DNA of 64,000 nt from an uncultured Actinomycetes bacterium (GTDB lineage Bacteria; Actinomycetota; Thermoleophilia; RBG-16-64-13), in the NCBI GenBank assembly GCA_963841735.1, contig CAWJDT010000004.1, positions 96,001-160,000 on the forward strand, in the 5' to 3' direction. A program made the translations under genes and the position numbers. Shown piece after piece: positions 48,854-60,451 of the stretch. The notes beneath the pieces are model-generated. The model was not told the DNA's origin and did not search any database. It saw nothing but the letters and a program-made list of their open reading frames with translations. How positions within the stretch are numbered: the stretch's first letter is position 1; the number at the start of each line of letters is the position of its first letter.

Positions 48854-49276
48854 ATGAGCATTCCTCAGTTGTCGGTGTTTGTGGAGAACAAGCCTGGGCA
48901 TTTGGCCGATACGCTGGCCACCCTGGCGGGCGGCGGTGTAAACGTGCTTTCTTTCACCATCGCCGATACCGCTGACTACGGCATTCTGCGGATTATCGTC
49001 GACCGCGTGGAGCAGGCGAAAGATCTGCTTAACGCAGCAGGCTACGCGGTTGTTGAGCACCCTGTGGCGTGCGCAGTGCTGTCAAATGAGCCGGGGGCGC
49101 TGGCTTCGGTGGTACGGTTGGTTTCCGGCTCCGGCTTGGACATCGAGTACATCTACTTGGGCGTCGGCGACTCGCTGCTGATGAAAGCCGAGCAGGTAGA
49201 CAAGCTTGAGAAGCTGTTGGTCGACAGTGGACTCCGGGTGCTCAGTCGCGGTGATCTCGGCCAGCCGATGGTGTAG
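48854..49276 (+). CDS. Tandem ACT-domain protein
   Basis: QLSVFVENKPGHL, IADTADYGILRIIV, NEPGAL, DIEYIY. Confidence 0.9.
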   Translation: MSIPQLSVFVENKPGHLADTLATLAGGGVNVLSFTIADTADYGILRIIVDRVEQAKDLLNAAGYAVVEHPVACAVLSNEPGALASVVRLVSGSGLDIEYIYLGVGDSLLMKAEQVDKLEKLLVDSGLRVLSRGDLGQPMV

Positions 49277-49290
49277 GCGATCACGCAGTC

Positions 49291-50168
49291 GTGAGTTTCG
49301 ACCAGTTTCTGCAATACGTCTTCAGCGGAATCCAGAGCGGGAGTATCTATGCTCTGACAGCGCTCGGTTTCACCTTGGTCTTCAACGCCACCCAAGTCAT
49401 CAACTTTTCCCAGGGGCAACTGGTCATGCTGGGGGCATGAGCGGGGTCGCCTTGTATGGGACTGGTCTACCTATGTGGGCCAGTTTCGGGCTGGCGGTGG
49501 TCGCTGTTGCTGTGATCAGCGTCGGTTTCGAGCGTGTCGCCATCAGGCCACTGCTGCGAGCGGGGGTGCTTGCTCAAGTGGTCGCCACCGTAGGGATGTC
49601 GTTTGTGTTCGAGACTGCGGCCATGCTCATTTGGGGCAGGGAACCGGTGCCGTTGCCCGCATTCTCGGGGGAGAAGCCGATCTTCGTAGGAGGGGCGACC
49701 ATTGTGCCCCAAACGTTTTGGGTGGTGGGTCTTACGGTGGTGATCGTTGTCGGCCTGCAGCTGTTCTACCAAAAGAGTCTGTTTGGCAAGGCGGTGCGGG
49801 CCTGCGCGGTCGACCCGACGGCCGCGCGACTTCAGGGTATCTCGTACCGCTGGGTGGTGGTCTTCAGCTTTGCTCTGACGGGGGCCATATCAGCGGCGGC
49901 CGGAGTGATGATCACTCCTATCAGCTTCATGAGCTATCACTCGGGGTCGATGCTCGGCCTGAAGGGCTTCGCGGCGGCGACCGTGGGAGGTATCGGCAGT
50001 CCCGTGGGGGCGGTCGTAGGTGGATTCGCCCTCGGCATCGTGGAGTCGCTGGGGGTGGGGATAGTGTCCTCCGGCTACAAGGACGTCATCTCCTTTGGCA
50101 TCCTGCTCTTGGTGCTGTTCCTCAGGCCTTCGGGTCTGTTGGGTGCTAGGACGGTGACTAGGCAGTGA
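49291..50168 (+). CDS. LivH-like ABC permease; apparent -1 frameshift in G-run 49431-49435
   Basis: GSIYALTALGFTLVF..INFSQG in one frame, continuing MSGVAL..LKGFAAATVGGIGS in another. Confidence 0.85.
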
Positions 50169-51173
50169 GCAGCAGGGTTTCACTTGGACCGTATTTGCGC
50201 AGGCACGCCGGCTACCTGGTGCTGGTACTGGTGGTCATGACCATCCCGGCCTACTTGGGCAGTTCTTACTATCTGGGGATCCTCGGCGAAATGGCCACGC
50301 GCTTCATTATGCTGCTGGGGCTGAGTCTGCTGGTCGGTCAAGCCGGGCAGATCTCTCTGGGCCAGGCAGGTTTTGTGGGCATAGGCGCCTACGGCTCGGC
50401 CATCTTGACTACGAAGGTGGGACTTGACCCTTGGGCAGCCATGGTCTTGGCAGCCGGACTGGCGGCGGTAATCGCGGGTTTGGTAGGCATGCCTACACTC
50501 AGACTCAAGGGGTACTACCTGGCCATGGCCACTCTTGGGGTCAACGAGATCATCTATATCCTCTTGGGCCGGCTCAAAAGCCTGACGCGCGGTGTTGATG
50601 GCATCAGCGGCATTCCCTCTCTCAGCATCGGGGGCCTCGACCTGGGTACGCCAAGGGCGTATCACTTTGTGACCTGGGGCATCGCGCTGGTGACGCTGCT
50701 GATAGCTCTAAACCTTTCGCGTTCGCGGGTGGGCCGTTCTCTTAGGGCGTTGCATCAGTCGGAGCCTGCTGCACAGTCTCTGGGCATCGACACCTCTTAT
50801 CGGAAAGTGCAGGTGTTCATGGTGGCGGCTGTGTTTGCCAGCCTGGCCGGCAGTCTTCGACGCCTACCGTATTCATTTCATCGAGCCAAAGGGATACACA
50901 ATCACCTTCTCCGTCCTCCTTATCAGCGGAGTGATAATCGGAGGACTGCGCAGCATCTGGGGGGCGCTGTGGGGCACCATGGTCATAGTGATCCTGCGCC
51001 AGCTGCTATCGAGGTTGGGGCTGGAGGACTACGAGAACCTTGTATACGGCGTGTTGCTCGTTGCCCTGATGGTGCTGTGGTATGGAGATGGTCAGGGCCT
51101 GTGGCGCCGTGTGAGGGGATGGCTGCCGGGCCGCGGCTCGGGAGACGACAGTCGGCTGGGAGCGGAGGAGTGA
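50165..51173 (+). CDS. LivM-like ABC permease; apparent frameshift near 50855
   Basis: GQAGQISLGQAGFVGIGAY, LRLKGYYLAMATL, SRVGRSLRA; C-terminus VIIGGLRSIWG in next frame. Confidence 0.85.
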
Positions 51174-51947
51174 ACAAGACCATGGCTCTACTGAGCGTAG
51201 AAGGCGTCTCCAAGAGCTTTGGAGGACTTGACGCCCTCAAAGAGGTAAGTTTTGCCGTACACGAGGGTCAGATCAAAGCGCTGATAGGCCCCAACGGGGC
51301 CGGAAAGACCACGCTCTTCAACGTGGCCTCGGGTTCCTATCGGCCTAGTGAGGGACGGGTGGTCTTCTGCGGGGTCGACGTGTCGAAGAAGCCGTCCACA
51401 CAGTATCTGTCGGTTGGGACTGGGGAGGACCTTCCAGCACAGTCTTGTCTTCGACGAGATGAGCCTGGTTGAGAACGTCGCGGTGGGGCGGTATTCGCGG
51501 ACTAAGGCTGGTTTGCTCTCGGCCGCGTTGACGCTGCCCTTACATCGCAGAGAGGAGTATGAGACGTTGAAGGCCGCCCATGAGGCTCTTCGGCGGGTTG
51601 GTCTGGACGGACGGGCCGAGGAGCAGGCGGACAACCTGCCGATGGGTGAGCGGCACCTACTCGAGATCGCCCGGGCGCTGACGGCTGAGCCGCGCCTGCT
51701 ATTGTTGGATGAACCTGCTGCCGGCCTGAACGACGACGAGACGACCAGCCTGGCGGACATGGTTAGAAAGATAAGGGACGAGGGAGTGACCGTGCTTCTT
51801 GTGGAGCACGACATGACTTTCGTCATGGAGATATCGGATGAGGTGGTGGTGCTTGACTACGGTCGGAAGATCGCGGAGGGGCCGCCACTCATGATTCAAG
51901 ACAACGAAGAAGTGATCAAGGCGTATTTGGGAGAGGAGTTGGGGTGA
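51170..51947 (+). CDS. LivG-like ABC ATPase; apparent frameshift near 51391
   Basis: GPNGAGKTT; then GRTFQ, LLLLDEPAAG, LLVEHDM in next frame. Confidence 0.85.
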
Positions 51948-53172
51948 TGAAGAAGACTGGAACAGGTGGGATCACGAGGGCACTGTGGCTTCTGGCGACT
52001 GTGCTGTTGGTCGCCATGCTGGCCCTGCTGGCCGGCGCGTGCGGCGACAAAGACACTACCGGCACGACTGCGGGCGGCTCGCAGCCGACAGGCGACCCAG
52101 TGGTCATCGGGGCCATCGTGTCGGCTACAGGGGCCAACTCGGCTCTTGGCGCTCCGGAGCGTAACGTGCTTGAGATGATGGAGGGCTATATCAACGGGGC
52201 GGGCGGAGTGCTGGGTAGGCCGCTCGAGATCATCATCGAAGACGACAAGAGTGATTCGGCCGCCGCGGTTACAGCTGCCAATCTGCTTATCGAGCAGAAG
52301 AAGGTCGTGGCTCTGATCGCGGCGACGGGCTCGGCTTCCACGATGGCTGTGAAGGGGATCACGGCAGAGAAGGGCCTGCCGCAGATGGCGATGGTGGCGG
52401 CAACGAGGCTCACGGACGAACCGCCGATGGAGTGGATCTGGCGGACTCCGCAGAAGAACACGACGGTGGTGGAACGTACGCTCACGTACGTCTCGGATAC
52501 ACTGAAGGCTTCACAAGATAGCGGTACTTTACGACGAGAATGCCTTTGGCGCGTCTGGCTACAACGAAATCGTCAAGACCGCGAGCGATCACAATCTGGA
52601 AATCGTGGCCAGTCGAGTCGTACAAGACCGACGACACTGATATCACCGCACAACTCACCAGTATTAGAGGCGCGAGTCCCGAAGTCCTGATCGTGTGGGG
52701 TACGCACCCAGGGCGCGGCTTTGGCCGCCAAGAACATGAAGCGACTCGGCATGGACATCCCCTACGTGGGCAGTCATGGCATCGCCAACGCCAAGTTCAT
52801 CGAACTGGCCGGTGATGCGGCGGAAGGCGTGGTATTCCCAGCTGGGCGCTTGCTCGTGCCCAGCTCGATCACCGATCCCAAGCAGAAGGCGGTCACCGAT
52901 CTCTTCGTAGAGCACTACACGCTACGCGTGGGGTCAAGCCCCGAATACCGTTCGCCGGTTACGCCTTTGAGGCCATCAGCATTTTGGTCGACGCGATCGA
53001 AAGAGCGGGCAGCACGGATCCGGCCGCCATCCAGGCGGCGCTGAACGCCACACAGGGATGGGTTGGCCCGGACGGCGTGTACAACTACTCGGTGACCAAT
53101 CACGACGGTCTAACCGCCGCGGACATGATAATGGTGAAGATCGAGGGCGGCACCTGGGTAGAGGTCAAGTAG
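51944..53172 (+). CDS. LivK-like substrate-binding lipoprotein; about five apparent frameshifts
   Basis: LAGA|C lipobox, INGAGGVLGRPLEIIIEDD; pieces DITAQL, YVGSHGIA, GPDGVYNYS in shifting frames. Confidence 0.8.
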
Positions 53173-53183
53173 TACAGGGAGGC

Positions 53184-53935
53184 GTGAGTGCTTCGATTGC
53201 GCCAAGTCGTGCCGGATACGGCAGGACTGAGGTACTCCACGAGCGTCGACGTCAGTGTCGAGCGAAGGGGAGATCCTCACCATCATCGGTGCCAACGGAG
53301 CCGGCAAGAGCACGCTGCTCAAGGCCATGTCCGGGGTGGTGAGGATCTCCAGCGGTTCGATAGAGTTCGCCGGCGAGCGCATCGATTCTCTCGAAATGGA
53401 GAGTATCGTGGCTCGCCGCGTTGGTCCAGATTCCCGAGGGTCGCAGACTTTTCGCGCCGTTGACGGTGGAGGATAACCTGATGCTCGGTGCGTACTCGCG
53501 AAGACGCAAGGGCACGCCTCTCGGGCGAGCGTATGGAGAAGGTGTTCGCGCTATTCCCAAGGTTCAAGGAGCGACTGGAGCCAGCAGGCGGGAACCTTGT
53601 CCGGCGGCGAGCAGCAGATGCTGGCGATCGGCCGAGCTCTCATGGCCGAGCCGCAGCTTCTTCTGCTCGATGAGCCATCGATGGGTCTGGCGCCCATCGT
53701 CGTGCGGGACATTTTCAAGAGTCTGCGGCAGCTCAACCAAGAGGGCCTGACCATGGTGTTGGTGGAGCAAGATGCTCGTATCGCCTTGAGCCTGGCCAAT
53801 CGCGGGTTGGTCATGGAGCGTGGGCGTATCGTCCTTGCAGACACCGCCCAGGCGCTGTTGGACGATCCTGAAGTCCGGGCCATCTACTTCGGCCGGCGTG
53901 GCCCCGGCCAAAGACGGGGGATGGAGAGCACATGA
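53184..53935 (+). CDS. LivF-like ABC ATPase; about six apparent frameshifts
   Basis: GANGAGKST, IPEGRRLF..LTVEDNL, LSGGEQQMLAIGRALM, LDEPSMGLAP in different frames. Confidence 0.8.
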
Positions 53936-55237
53936 ACGAGATCTGGAACCCTGAATACGAGAGCATGACCCGGGACGAGCTGCGGGAATTGCAGTTCAAG
54001 CGGCTGCAGATGACGCTCCGCTGGGTCTACGAAAACGTCCCCTTCCACCGGGAGCGGTGGATCGAGATGAAGTTGAAGCCGGCCGACATCCGCACCTTGG
54101 CCGACCTGAGCAAGCTCCCGTTCACGGTGCGGGCCGACTTCAAAGCCGCGTACCCGTACGGGCTGTTCGCGTTGCCTCTGGAGAAGGTCATCCGCATCCA
54201 CGCCTCGTCGGGCACCATGTCCAACCCCACGGTCGTGGGCTACAGCCGGGGAGACCTCAGCACCTGGTCGGAGCTATGTGCCCGGGTGGCTGTGGCCGGT
54301 GGCGTCCGCTCGCATGACGTCGCCCAGATCTCCTTCGAGTACGGACTGACCACTGGAGCTTTCGGCATGCACGCCGGTCTGGAGCGCGTGGGAGTCACCG
54401 TCATCCCAGCCTCCACCGGCAACACGCAGCGGCAGCTACAGATCATGCGTGACTTCAAGACCACCGTGTTGGTGGGCGCGCCTTCCTACGCGATGCATAT
54501 GACGGACGTGGCCGCGGAGATAGGGTTCGATCTCAAGAGCCTGCGTCTCCGAGTGGGCTTGTTGGGCTCTGAGCCCTGGACAAACCAGACCAGGGAGGAG
54601 CTCGAGCGCCGTACGGGCATGTCGGCCAGCGACATCTACGGTCTTTCGGAGGTCATCGGTCCAGGCATATCGTACGAATGCTTCAACAAGGACGGGCTGC
54701 ACATCAATGAGGACCATTTCTTGGTGGAAGTGGTGGACCCCGTGAGCGGGGAGCCTGTGCCGGAAGGCAAGGAGGGCGAACTGGTGTTCACGTCGCTAAG
54801 CAAGGAGGCCGTTCCGGTCATACGTTACCGGAGCGGAGACCTGGCGTCTGTTAGCTATCGCCCCTGCGCCTGTGGCAGGTTGTTTGCACGCCACAGCAAG
54901 GTATATTCGCGCACCGACGACATGGTCGTCATCCGGGGAGTGAACGTCTACCCGGTTTCCATCCACGCGGTTCTCTCGGATATTGAGACAGGTGGAACCG
55001 CACTACCAGATTCTCCTATACCGGGAAGGATCGCTCGATCAAATCGAGGTGCAGATAGAAGTGGAGTCATCTTTTCTGCCTGACGCCGTCAGAAAGCTCC
55101 AGGGCTTTCAGCACGACGTGGAGGAGAGGCTTCGTCGGGAGTTGGGCGTCCGGCCTCGGGTGCGCCTGGTGGAACCGAAGACGATCCCGCGCGACCCAGG
55201 GGAGAGGCCCAGGGTTATCGACAACCGGGGGGTCTGA
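53932..55237 (+). CDS. paaK: Phenylacetate--CoA ligase family protein; apparent frameshift near 54989
   Basis: YPYGLFA, HASSGT, DIYGLSEVIGPG, IRYRSGD, RTDDMVVIRGVNVYP; tail RPRVIDNR in next frame. Confidence 0.88.
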
Positions 55238-55307
55238 TACACTCCCGCGATGGCGATGATTTTCCGGGTGCCAACCGGTCGTATGAGTGTCTTTTCTGGA
55301 GGTTGCT

Positions 55308-56520
55308 GTGAAACACCCCGAGTTTCTCTTTACGTCGGAGTCCGTTAGCGAGGGGCATCCCGACAAGATTGCCGATCAGATATCAGACGCGGTGCTGGAC
55401 GCCGTGCTCAAGGACGATCCCGCGGGTCATGTGGCCTGCGAGACCCTGATCACCACCGGTTTAGTGGTCGTGGCCGGCGAGATCAGCACCAGCTACCTAC
55501 GTGGACGTACCGTCCCTGGTTCGGTCTACCATCGAGCGGATCGGCTACACGCGGGCCAAGTACGGGTTCGACTCCTCCACGTGCGGAGTGGTCACGGCTA
55601 TTCACGAGCAGTCCCCGGATATCAACCAGGGAGTCCAAGCTGCCCTCGAATGCAGGGTGGACCCGCAAGACATCGACGCCATGGATTGCCAGGGAGCAGG
55701 CGATCAGGGCATGATGTTCGGCTACGCGTGTACCGACACGCAAGAGCTCATGCCTATGCCGATCTTGCTCTCGCACAGGCTGGTGCACCGCATGAGCGAG
55801 GTCCGCAAGGGCGGCGTGCTCAACTACCTTCGTCCCGATGGCAAGAGCCAGGTGACGGTCCGCTACGTCGATGGCAAGCCGGAGTTCATCACCGCGGTGG
55901 TGTTGTCCACTCAGCATAAGGACGGCATCGACATCGACATGCTCATGAGGCCCGACCTCATCGACCACGTGATCAAGCCCGTCTTGCCCGAAGGCCTGTA
56001 CGATCCTGAATTCAAGAAGACGAAACTCTATGTCAACCCCACAGGCAAGTTCGTCGTCGGGGGGCCCATGGGGGACACAGGTCTGACCGGCCGCAAGATC
56101 ATAGTCGATACATACGGTGGTTTCGGCAGACACGGAGGCGGCGCATTCTCGGGCAAGGACCCCTCGAAGGTAGACCGCTCGGGAGCCTATGCCGCACGTT
56201 GGGTCGCCAAGAACCTCGTTGCCGCGGGACTGGCCGACAGGTGCGAAATCGAGATCGCATATGCAATCGGTGTGGCCCATCCGGTGAGTGTCATGGTCGA
56301 CTGCTTCGGCACGGAGAAGATCGACCCGGCTCGCATATCGGAACTGGTGAGTGAACATTTCGACCTGCGGCCTGCGGCCATTATCCGCGACCTGCGCCTT
56401 CTGCGTCCCATATACCAGAAGACTGCGGCCTACGGGCATTTTGGCCGGGAAGATGCAGACTTCACGTGGGAGGCCACCGACAAGGCCGACGCTCTGCGCA
56501 AAGCCGCCGGACTGAGCTAG
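55308..56520 (+). CDS. metK: S-adenosylmethionine synthetase; apparent frameshift near 55492
   Basis: [13 protein letters not shown] then [35 protein letters not shown] in next frame. Confidence 0.93.
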
Positions 56521-56541
56521 CCGGAGCCCCGGCGGGGTGCG

Positions 56542-58863
56542 GTGGGGCCGCTGGAGGTGAGGGTGGCGGCGATCATTGGTGATGAGTGCGGAGTGGTCCA
56601 GGTAGTCCCGCTGCTGAAGCTGAGCCACTTGGGCAACCGGCGATACGACTACAAGGTGCCGCGGGGATTGTCAGGTCGCGTAGCCGTAGGGTCGGTGGTT
56701 ACTGCTCCCTTCGGGAGTCGTAGCGTGCGTGCCGTCGTGGTGGGCCTTGACCCAGCGGGAGAGAGTGATCCTGCGGGATTGCGTGATCTCGAAGCGCTTG
56801 AGGATCGCTGCATCCCAGAAGACTTGGTCAAGCTCGCTGCTGTCTTGGCGGAGAGGTATCTTTCGACCTTTGAGTCTTGTCTGCGTCTGGTTGCTCCCCC
56901 CACGGCGGGTCGCTCCGGAGCCGTCGGCGGAAGTCTCCGACACCCGTGGGTAACGCGATGCTTGGGGTCGCCGGTCAGAGCGGTTGACCCGGCAGGCTGC
57001 GGTGACGATGGGGGCGATCTGGTAGGCAGCGCTACTCCAGCGGCCGAAGACGCCCCCGATACGCGTGATGAGAAGCCGCTCACTGCCAAGCAGAAGGCCC
57101 TACTTGAAGCTATACCCCTCGGTGGAGCCGCTGCGGCACTGCTGTGTGCCCAGATGGGGGTGGGAGTGACGGTTCTGCGCGCTCTGGAGCGCAAAGGACT
57201 TGTGGAGAGGGGGCCGGCGCCGTCAGGGGACGATGCGGGCCATGAGAAGGTCGCGGAGCCGTTGGGGGTGGGGCCGAGGCTGTGGCCCGAGCAGGAAGAG
57301 GCCGTGCGTGGCCTGGTGGAGGCGTACGAAGCTCCTGGTCTGGCGCGCAGGCTTCTGTGGGGTGTCACCGGGAGTGGGAAGACGGAGGTCTACCTGCAGG
57401 TGGTCGCGCGCGTTTTGCGCGACGGAGCAGGGGCGATCCTGTTGGTGCCCGAGATCGCGCTCACGCCGCAGATGATTGAGCGAGTGCGCGCCCGTTTTGG
57501 GAATGCGGTCGGGGTCCTTCACAGCGGGCTCTCCCCGGCGACAAGGAGGCGCGAATACCGCCGCATCGCTGAAGGCGATGCCCGGGTGGTGGTGGGCGCG
57601 CGGTCCGCGATCTTCGCTCCCGTAGCCGACCTGCGCTTGGTGATAGTGGACGAGAGTCACGACGGTTCCTACAAGCAAGAGGAGGAGCCGAGATATCACG
57701 CCGGAATGGTGGCTGAGCTTCGTCTCCGCGAAAGCGGAGGGCTGCTGCTGGAAGGGAGCGCGACTCCCTCGGTCGAATCCATAAGCCGCGTGGGTGAGTG
57801 CCTGCGCTTGACTCACCGGGCCGCAGGGAGCATGCCCGAGTGCGAGGCGGTGGACATGAGGCACCAGGGGGGAGGCCAGCTGCTCGCTCCCCGAAGCCGG
57901 GAGGCTCTGGCCGAGACGCTGCGGCGGGGGGAGCAGGCGATCATTCTTCTCAACCGGCGGGGCTTCGCCGGCCACGTGCACTGTGAGCTCTGCGGCCACG
58001 TCATGACCTGCGGCGACTGCGAGCTTTCGCTTACCTACCACAGCAGTGAGGGTAGGCTCGTTTGTCATCACTGTGGCCGGACCTATGCGCAACCTCGGGT
58101 GTGCCCGGTTTGCGGCGAGGCCCCCCTCACCAAGGCGGCTCCAGGTACGGAGCGGCTGGACAGAGAACTGAGGCGTTTTGTGCCGCACGAGCACGTATTC
58201 CGGCTGGACTCGGACATTCTCACCAGTGGCGCTCGAGTGCGGTCGGTGCTCCAAGAATTCTCTTCCAAGCGTCCTGCGGTGTTGGTGGGGACACAGATGG
58301 TGGCGAAGGGGCACGATTTTGCCGATGTGACCCTAGTGATTGTGGCCGACGCCGACACAGGGCTGTACGTGCCTGACTTTCGAGCAGCCGAAAGGACCTT
58401 CCAGCTCCTGACCCAGGTTGCCGGGAGGGCTGGGCGGGCCGAGCGGCCGGGTCGCGTGCTGGTGCAAACCTGGAATCCGGAAGTGCCCTGTATTAGAATG
58501 GCTTTGGAGCGCGACGAAACGGCGTTCTACGGCCTGGAGCTGGACTCTCGGGAGCGGCTGGGCTACCCACCGTTCGCCGAGTTGGTGCGTATGACGACCG
58601 TGGCGGAACAGAGCGAGCGCGCTGAGCAGGGCGCGCGGCATCTGCTTGATAGGCTGGGCCGCTATTTCGGGGCGCAGGAATTGCATGGCCCGGTGCGGTT
58701 GCCGACCCTGCGGGGACGCAGTCGCTGGCATCTTTTGGTGGCCGCGCGCGATGGGGAGCGAACGCGTGTGATTGTTGGGCAGGCTCTGGCGCAGCTGCGC
58801 GATCCCTACCGGCAGCGCGGGGTTAGGCTGCTTGTCGATGTTGATCCCCTATCTTTTGGCTGA
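56542..58863 (+). CDS. priA: Primosomal protein N' (replication restart helicase)
   Basis: GVTGSGKTEVY, VPEIALTPQ, DESH, four CxxC, GTQMVAKG, QVAGRAGR. Confidence 0.96.
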   Translation: MGPLEVRVAAIIGDECGVVQVVPLLKLSHLGNRRYDYKVPRGLSGRVAVGSVVTAPFGSRSVRAVVVGLDPAGESDPAGLRDLEALEDRCIPEDLVKLAAVLAERYLSTFESCLRLVAPPTAGRSGAVGGSLRHPWVTRCLGSPVRAVDPAGCGDDGGDLVGSATPAAEDAPDTRDEKPLTAKQKALLEAIPLGGAAAALLCAQMGVGVTVLRALERKGLVERGPAPSGDDAGHEKVAEPLGVGPRLWPEQEEAVRGLVEAYEAPGLARRLLWGVTGSGKTEVYLQVVARVLRDGAGAILLVPEIALTPQMIERVRARFGNAVGVLHSGLSPATRRREYRRIAEGDARVVVGARSAIFAPVADLRLVIVDESHDGSYKQEEEPRYHAGMVAELRLRESGGLLLEGSATPSVESISRVGECLRLTHRAAGSMPECEAVDMRHQGGGQLLAPRSREALAETLRRGEQAIILLNRRGFAGHVHCELCGHVMTCGDCELSLTYHSSEGRLVCHHCGRTYAQPRVCPVCGEAPLTKAAPGTERLDRELRRFVPHEHVFRLDSDILTSGARVRSVLQEFSSKRPAVLVGTQMVAKGHDFADVTLVIVADADTGLYVPDFRAAERTFQLLTQVAGRAGRAERPGRVLVQTWNPEVPCIRMALERDETAFYGLELDSRERLGYPPFAELVRMTTVAEQSERAEQGARHLLDRLGRYFGAQELHGPVRLPTLRGRSRWHLLVAARDGERTRVIVGQALAQLRDPYRQRGVRLLVDVDPLSFG

Positions 58864-58892
58864 GATCTGCGGAAGGATGGTCTAGGACGCAA

Positions 58893-59447
58893 ATGGTCGC
58901 AAAGCGAAGGGATTTGGGCATTCTGTCATCTCAAAAACGTCGTCTGGAGCAAATCCGGACCTTGGGCGATCCTGTACTGAAGCAGGAGGCCGGACCTGTT
59001 ACGGTCTTCGACAGTAAGCTACAGAAGCTGGCAAGGCTCATGATGGACGTGATGGAGCGCGAGGAAGGCGTGGGTTTGGCGGCTACCCAGATCGGGATTC
59101 TGAGCAGGGTGATCGTGTGGAAGCATCCCGAGAGCGAAACCGAGCGCTACGTGTTCGTCAACCCTCAGATCATCGAACGATCTGAGACGTGCTGCACCGA
59201 GTCGGAGGGTTGTCTATCGGTGCCCGGTGCCAGCATGGAGGTCACCCGGGCCGAGGAAGTGGTAGTAGAAGCCCAGGACTTGGCTGGTGAGAACCTCCGC
59301 ATGCATGCTACCGGCATGCTGGCCCGCATAGTCCAACATGAGATCGACCACCTTGATGGATACCTGATCCTTGACCGGACGTCGCCCGAGGAGCGACGTC
59401 GGGTGCTAAGAGAGCTGCGCGAGCGGTCCCTAGCGGCGGGAACGTGA
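58893..59447 (+). CDS. def: Peptide deformylase
   Basis: GVGLAATQIG, EGCLS, QHEIDHLDG. Confidence 0.96.
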   Translation: MVAKRRDLGILSSQKRRLEQIRTLGDPVLKQEAGPVTVFDSKLQKLARLMMDVMEREEGVGLAATQIGILSRVIVWKHPESETERYVFVNPQIIERSETCCTESEGCLSVPGASMEVTRAEEVVVEAQDLAGENLRMHATGMLARIVQHEIDHLDGYLILDRTSPEERRRVLRELRERSLAAGT

Positions 59448-60451
59448 ACTTCGCATTCGCAGGCACTCCCGATTTCGCCGCGTGGGTGCTGTACAACCTC
59501 GTCAATCTCGGGCACCGACCCTCGTTGGTCATCTCCCAACCCGATCGACCCAAGGGTCGTGGCCGCCGGGTGTCGCCGCCTCCGGTAGCCGTGGAGGCCC
59601 AGAGACTGGGTCTTGAATGCGCGCAGACCCACGACATCAACGACCCTGGGCTGATTGCGCGCCTGTTGGAAGGTGGGGTCTCGGCGCTACTGGTGGCGTC
59701 GTTTGGGCAGATGCTGCGCCGTCCGCTACTGGACGCGGTCACGTGTCTCAACGTGCACACGTCGCTGTTGCCGAAGTACAGGGGGGCGGCTCCCATCGAA
59801 CGAGCATTGGCGGCAGGCGAGGCTCAGACGGGTGTGAGCATCATGCGGGTAACCGAGAGGCTGGACACGGGACCATGGGCGTTGCAGACTTCTCTATCGT
59901 TGAACTTGTACGACGATGCCGCGTCGGTCGCCCGGTGCCTGGGGGTACTGGGAGCCATCGGGGCGGCGCAGGTGATCTCGGCCCTGCCGGAGGGAACGGT
60001 GGTTTGGACCGAGCAGACCGGACAGTCATCGTACGCCCCGAAACTGACCGCGAAAGACGGGGTTCTCCACCCTGATTTGGGGGCCAAGGCGGTTCATGAT
60101 CACATCCGGGCGGTGAGTCCGGCCGCCGGCGCTCGGACCCGGAGTGGCTCTCTCGACTTCAAGGTCCACCGTAGCTGGCCTTATGGACAGCCTGGATTGG
60201 CCGAGTTGCCTGCGGACGCGGAAGAGGTGGCCGGAAAGGCGGGAGGCGTCGCCGTGGCCAAGGACCGGCTGTTCATAGGCTGTGCGGAAGGTGCGATAGA
60301 GGCTCTTGTGTTGCAACCTTCCGGCAAGTGCCGCATGACGTCCGCCGATTTTCTGCGAGGGTACGGCTGTCGCTTGAGTGGGAGCCTGGAGCCCCCAGTA
60401 GGTGCGTTTTCCTCGGGTTGCGCTGAGGTTGGAGAGGAGAATACTCCGTGA
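59444..60451 (+). CDS. fmt: Methionyl-tRNA formyltransferase
   Basis: FAGTPDFA, QPDRPKGRG, NVHTSLLPKYRGAAPI, LDTG. Confidence 0.95.
   Translation: MNFAFAGTPDFAAWVLYNLVNLGHRPSLVISQPDRPKGRGRRVSPPPVAVEAQRLGLECAQTHDINDPGLIARLLEGGVSALLVASFGQMLRRPLLDAVTCLNVHTSLLPKYRGAAPIERALAAGEAQTGVSIMRVTERLDTGPWALQTSLSLNLYDDAASVARCLGVLGAIGAAQVISALPEGTVVWTEQTGQSSYAPKLTAKDGVLHPDLGAKAVHDHIRAVSPAAGARTRSGSLDFKVHRSWPYGQPGLAELPADAEEVAGKAGGVAVAKDRLFIGCAEGAIEALVLQPSGKCRMTSADFLRGYGCRLSGSLEPPVGAFSSGCAEVGEENTP

Noticed and set aside
48767-49060. 98-aa N-terminal extension of adenine deaminase in the ORF track
   Set aside because: Overlaps the ACT gene on the opposite strand; ATG 48766 gives a typical length
50165-51472. 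Apparent LivM-LivG fusion ORF (435 aa)
   Set aside because: Created by the frameshift near 50855; the true LivM C-terminus is in another frame ending at 51173
42793-55237. Genomic island integrated at tRNA-Arg
   Set aside because: No integrase and no duplicated tRNA 3' end noticed; composition similar to flanks
49431-55500. Programmed frameshifting or phase variation
   Set aside because: Too many sites, mostly outside long homopolymers or slippery heptamers
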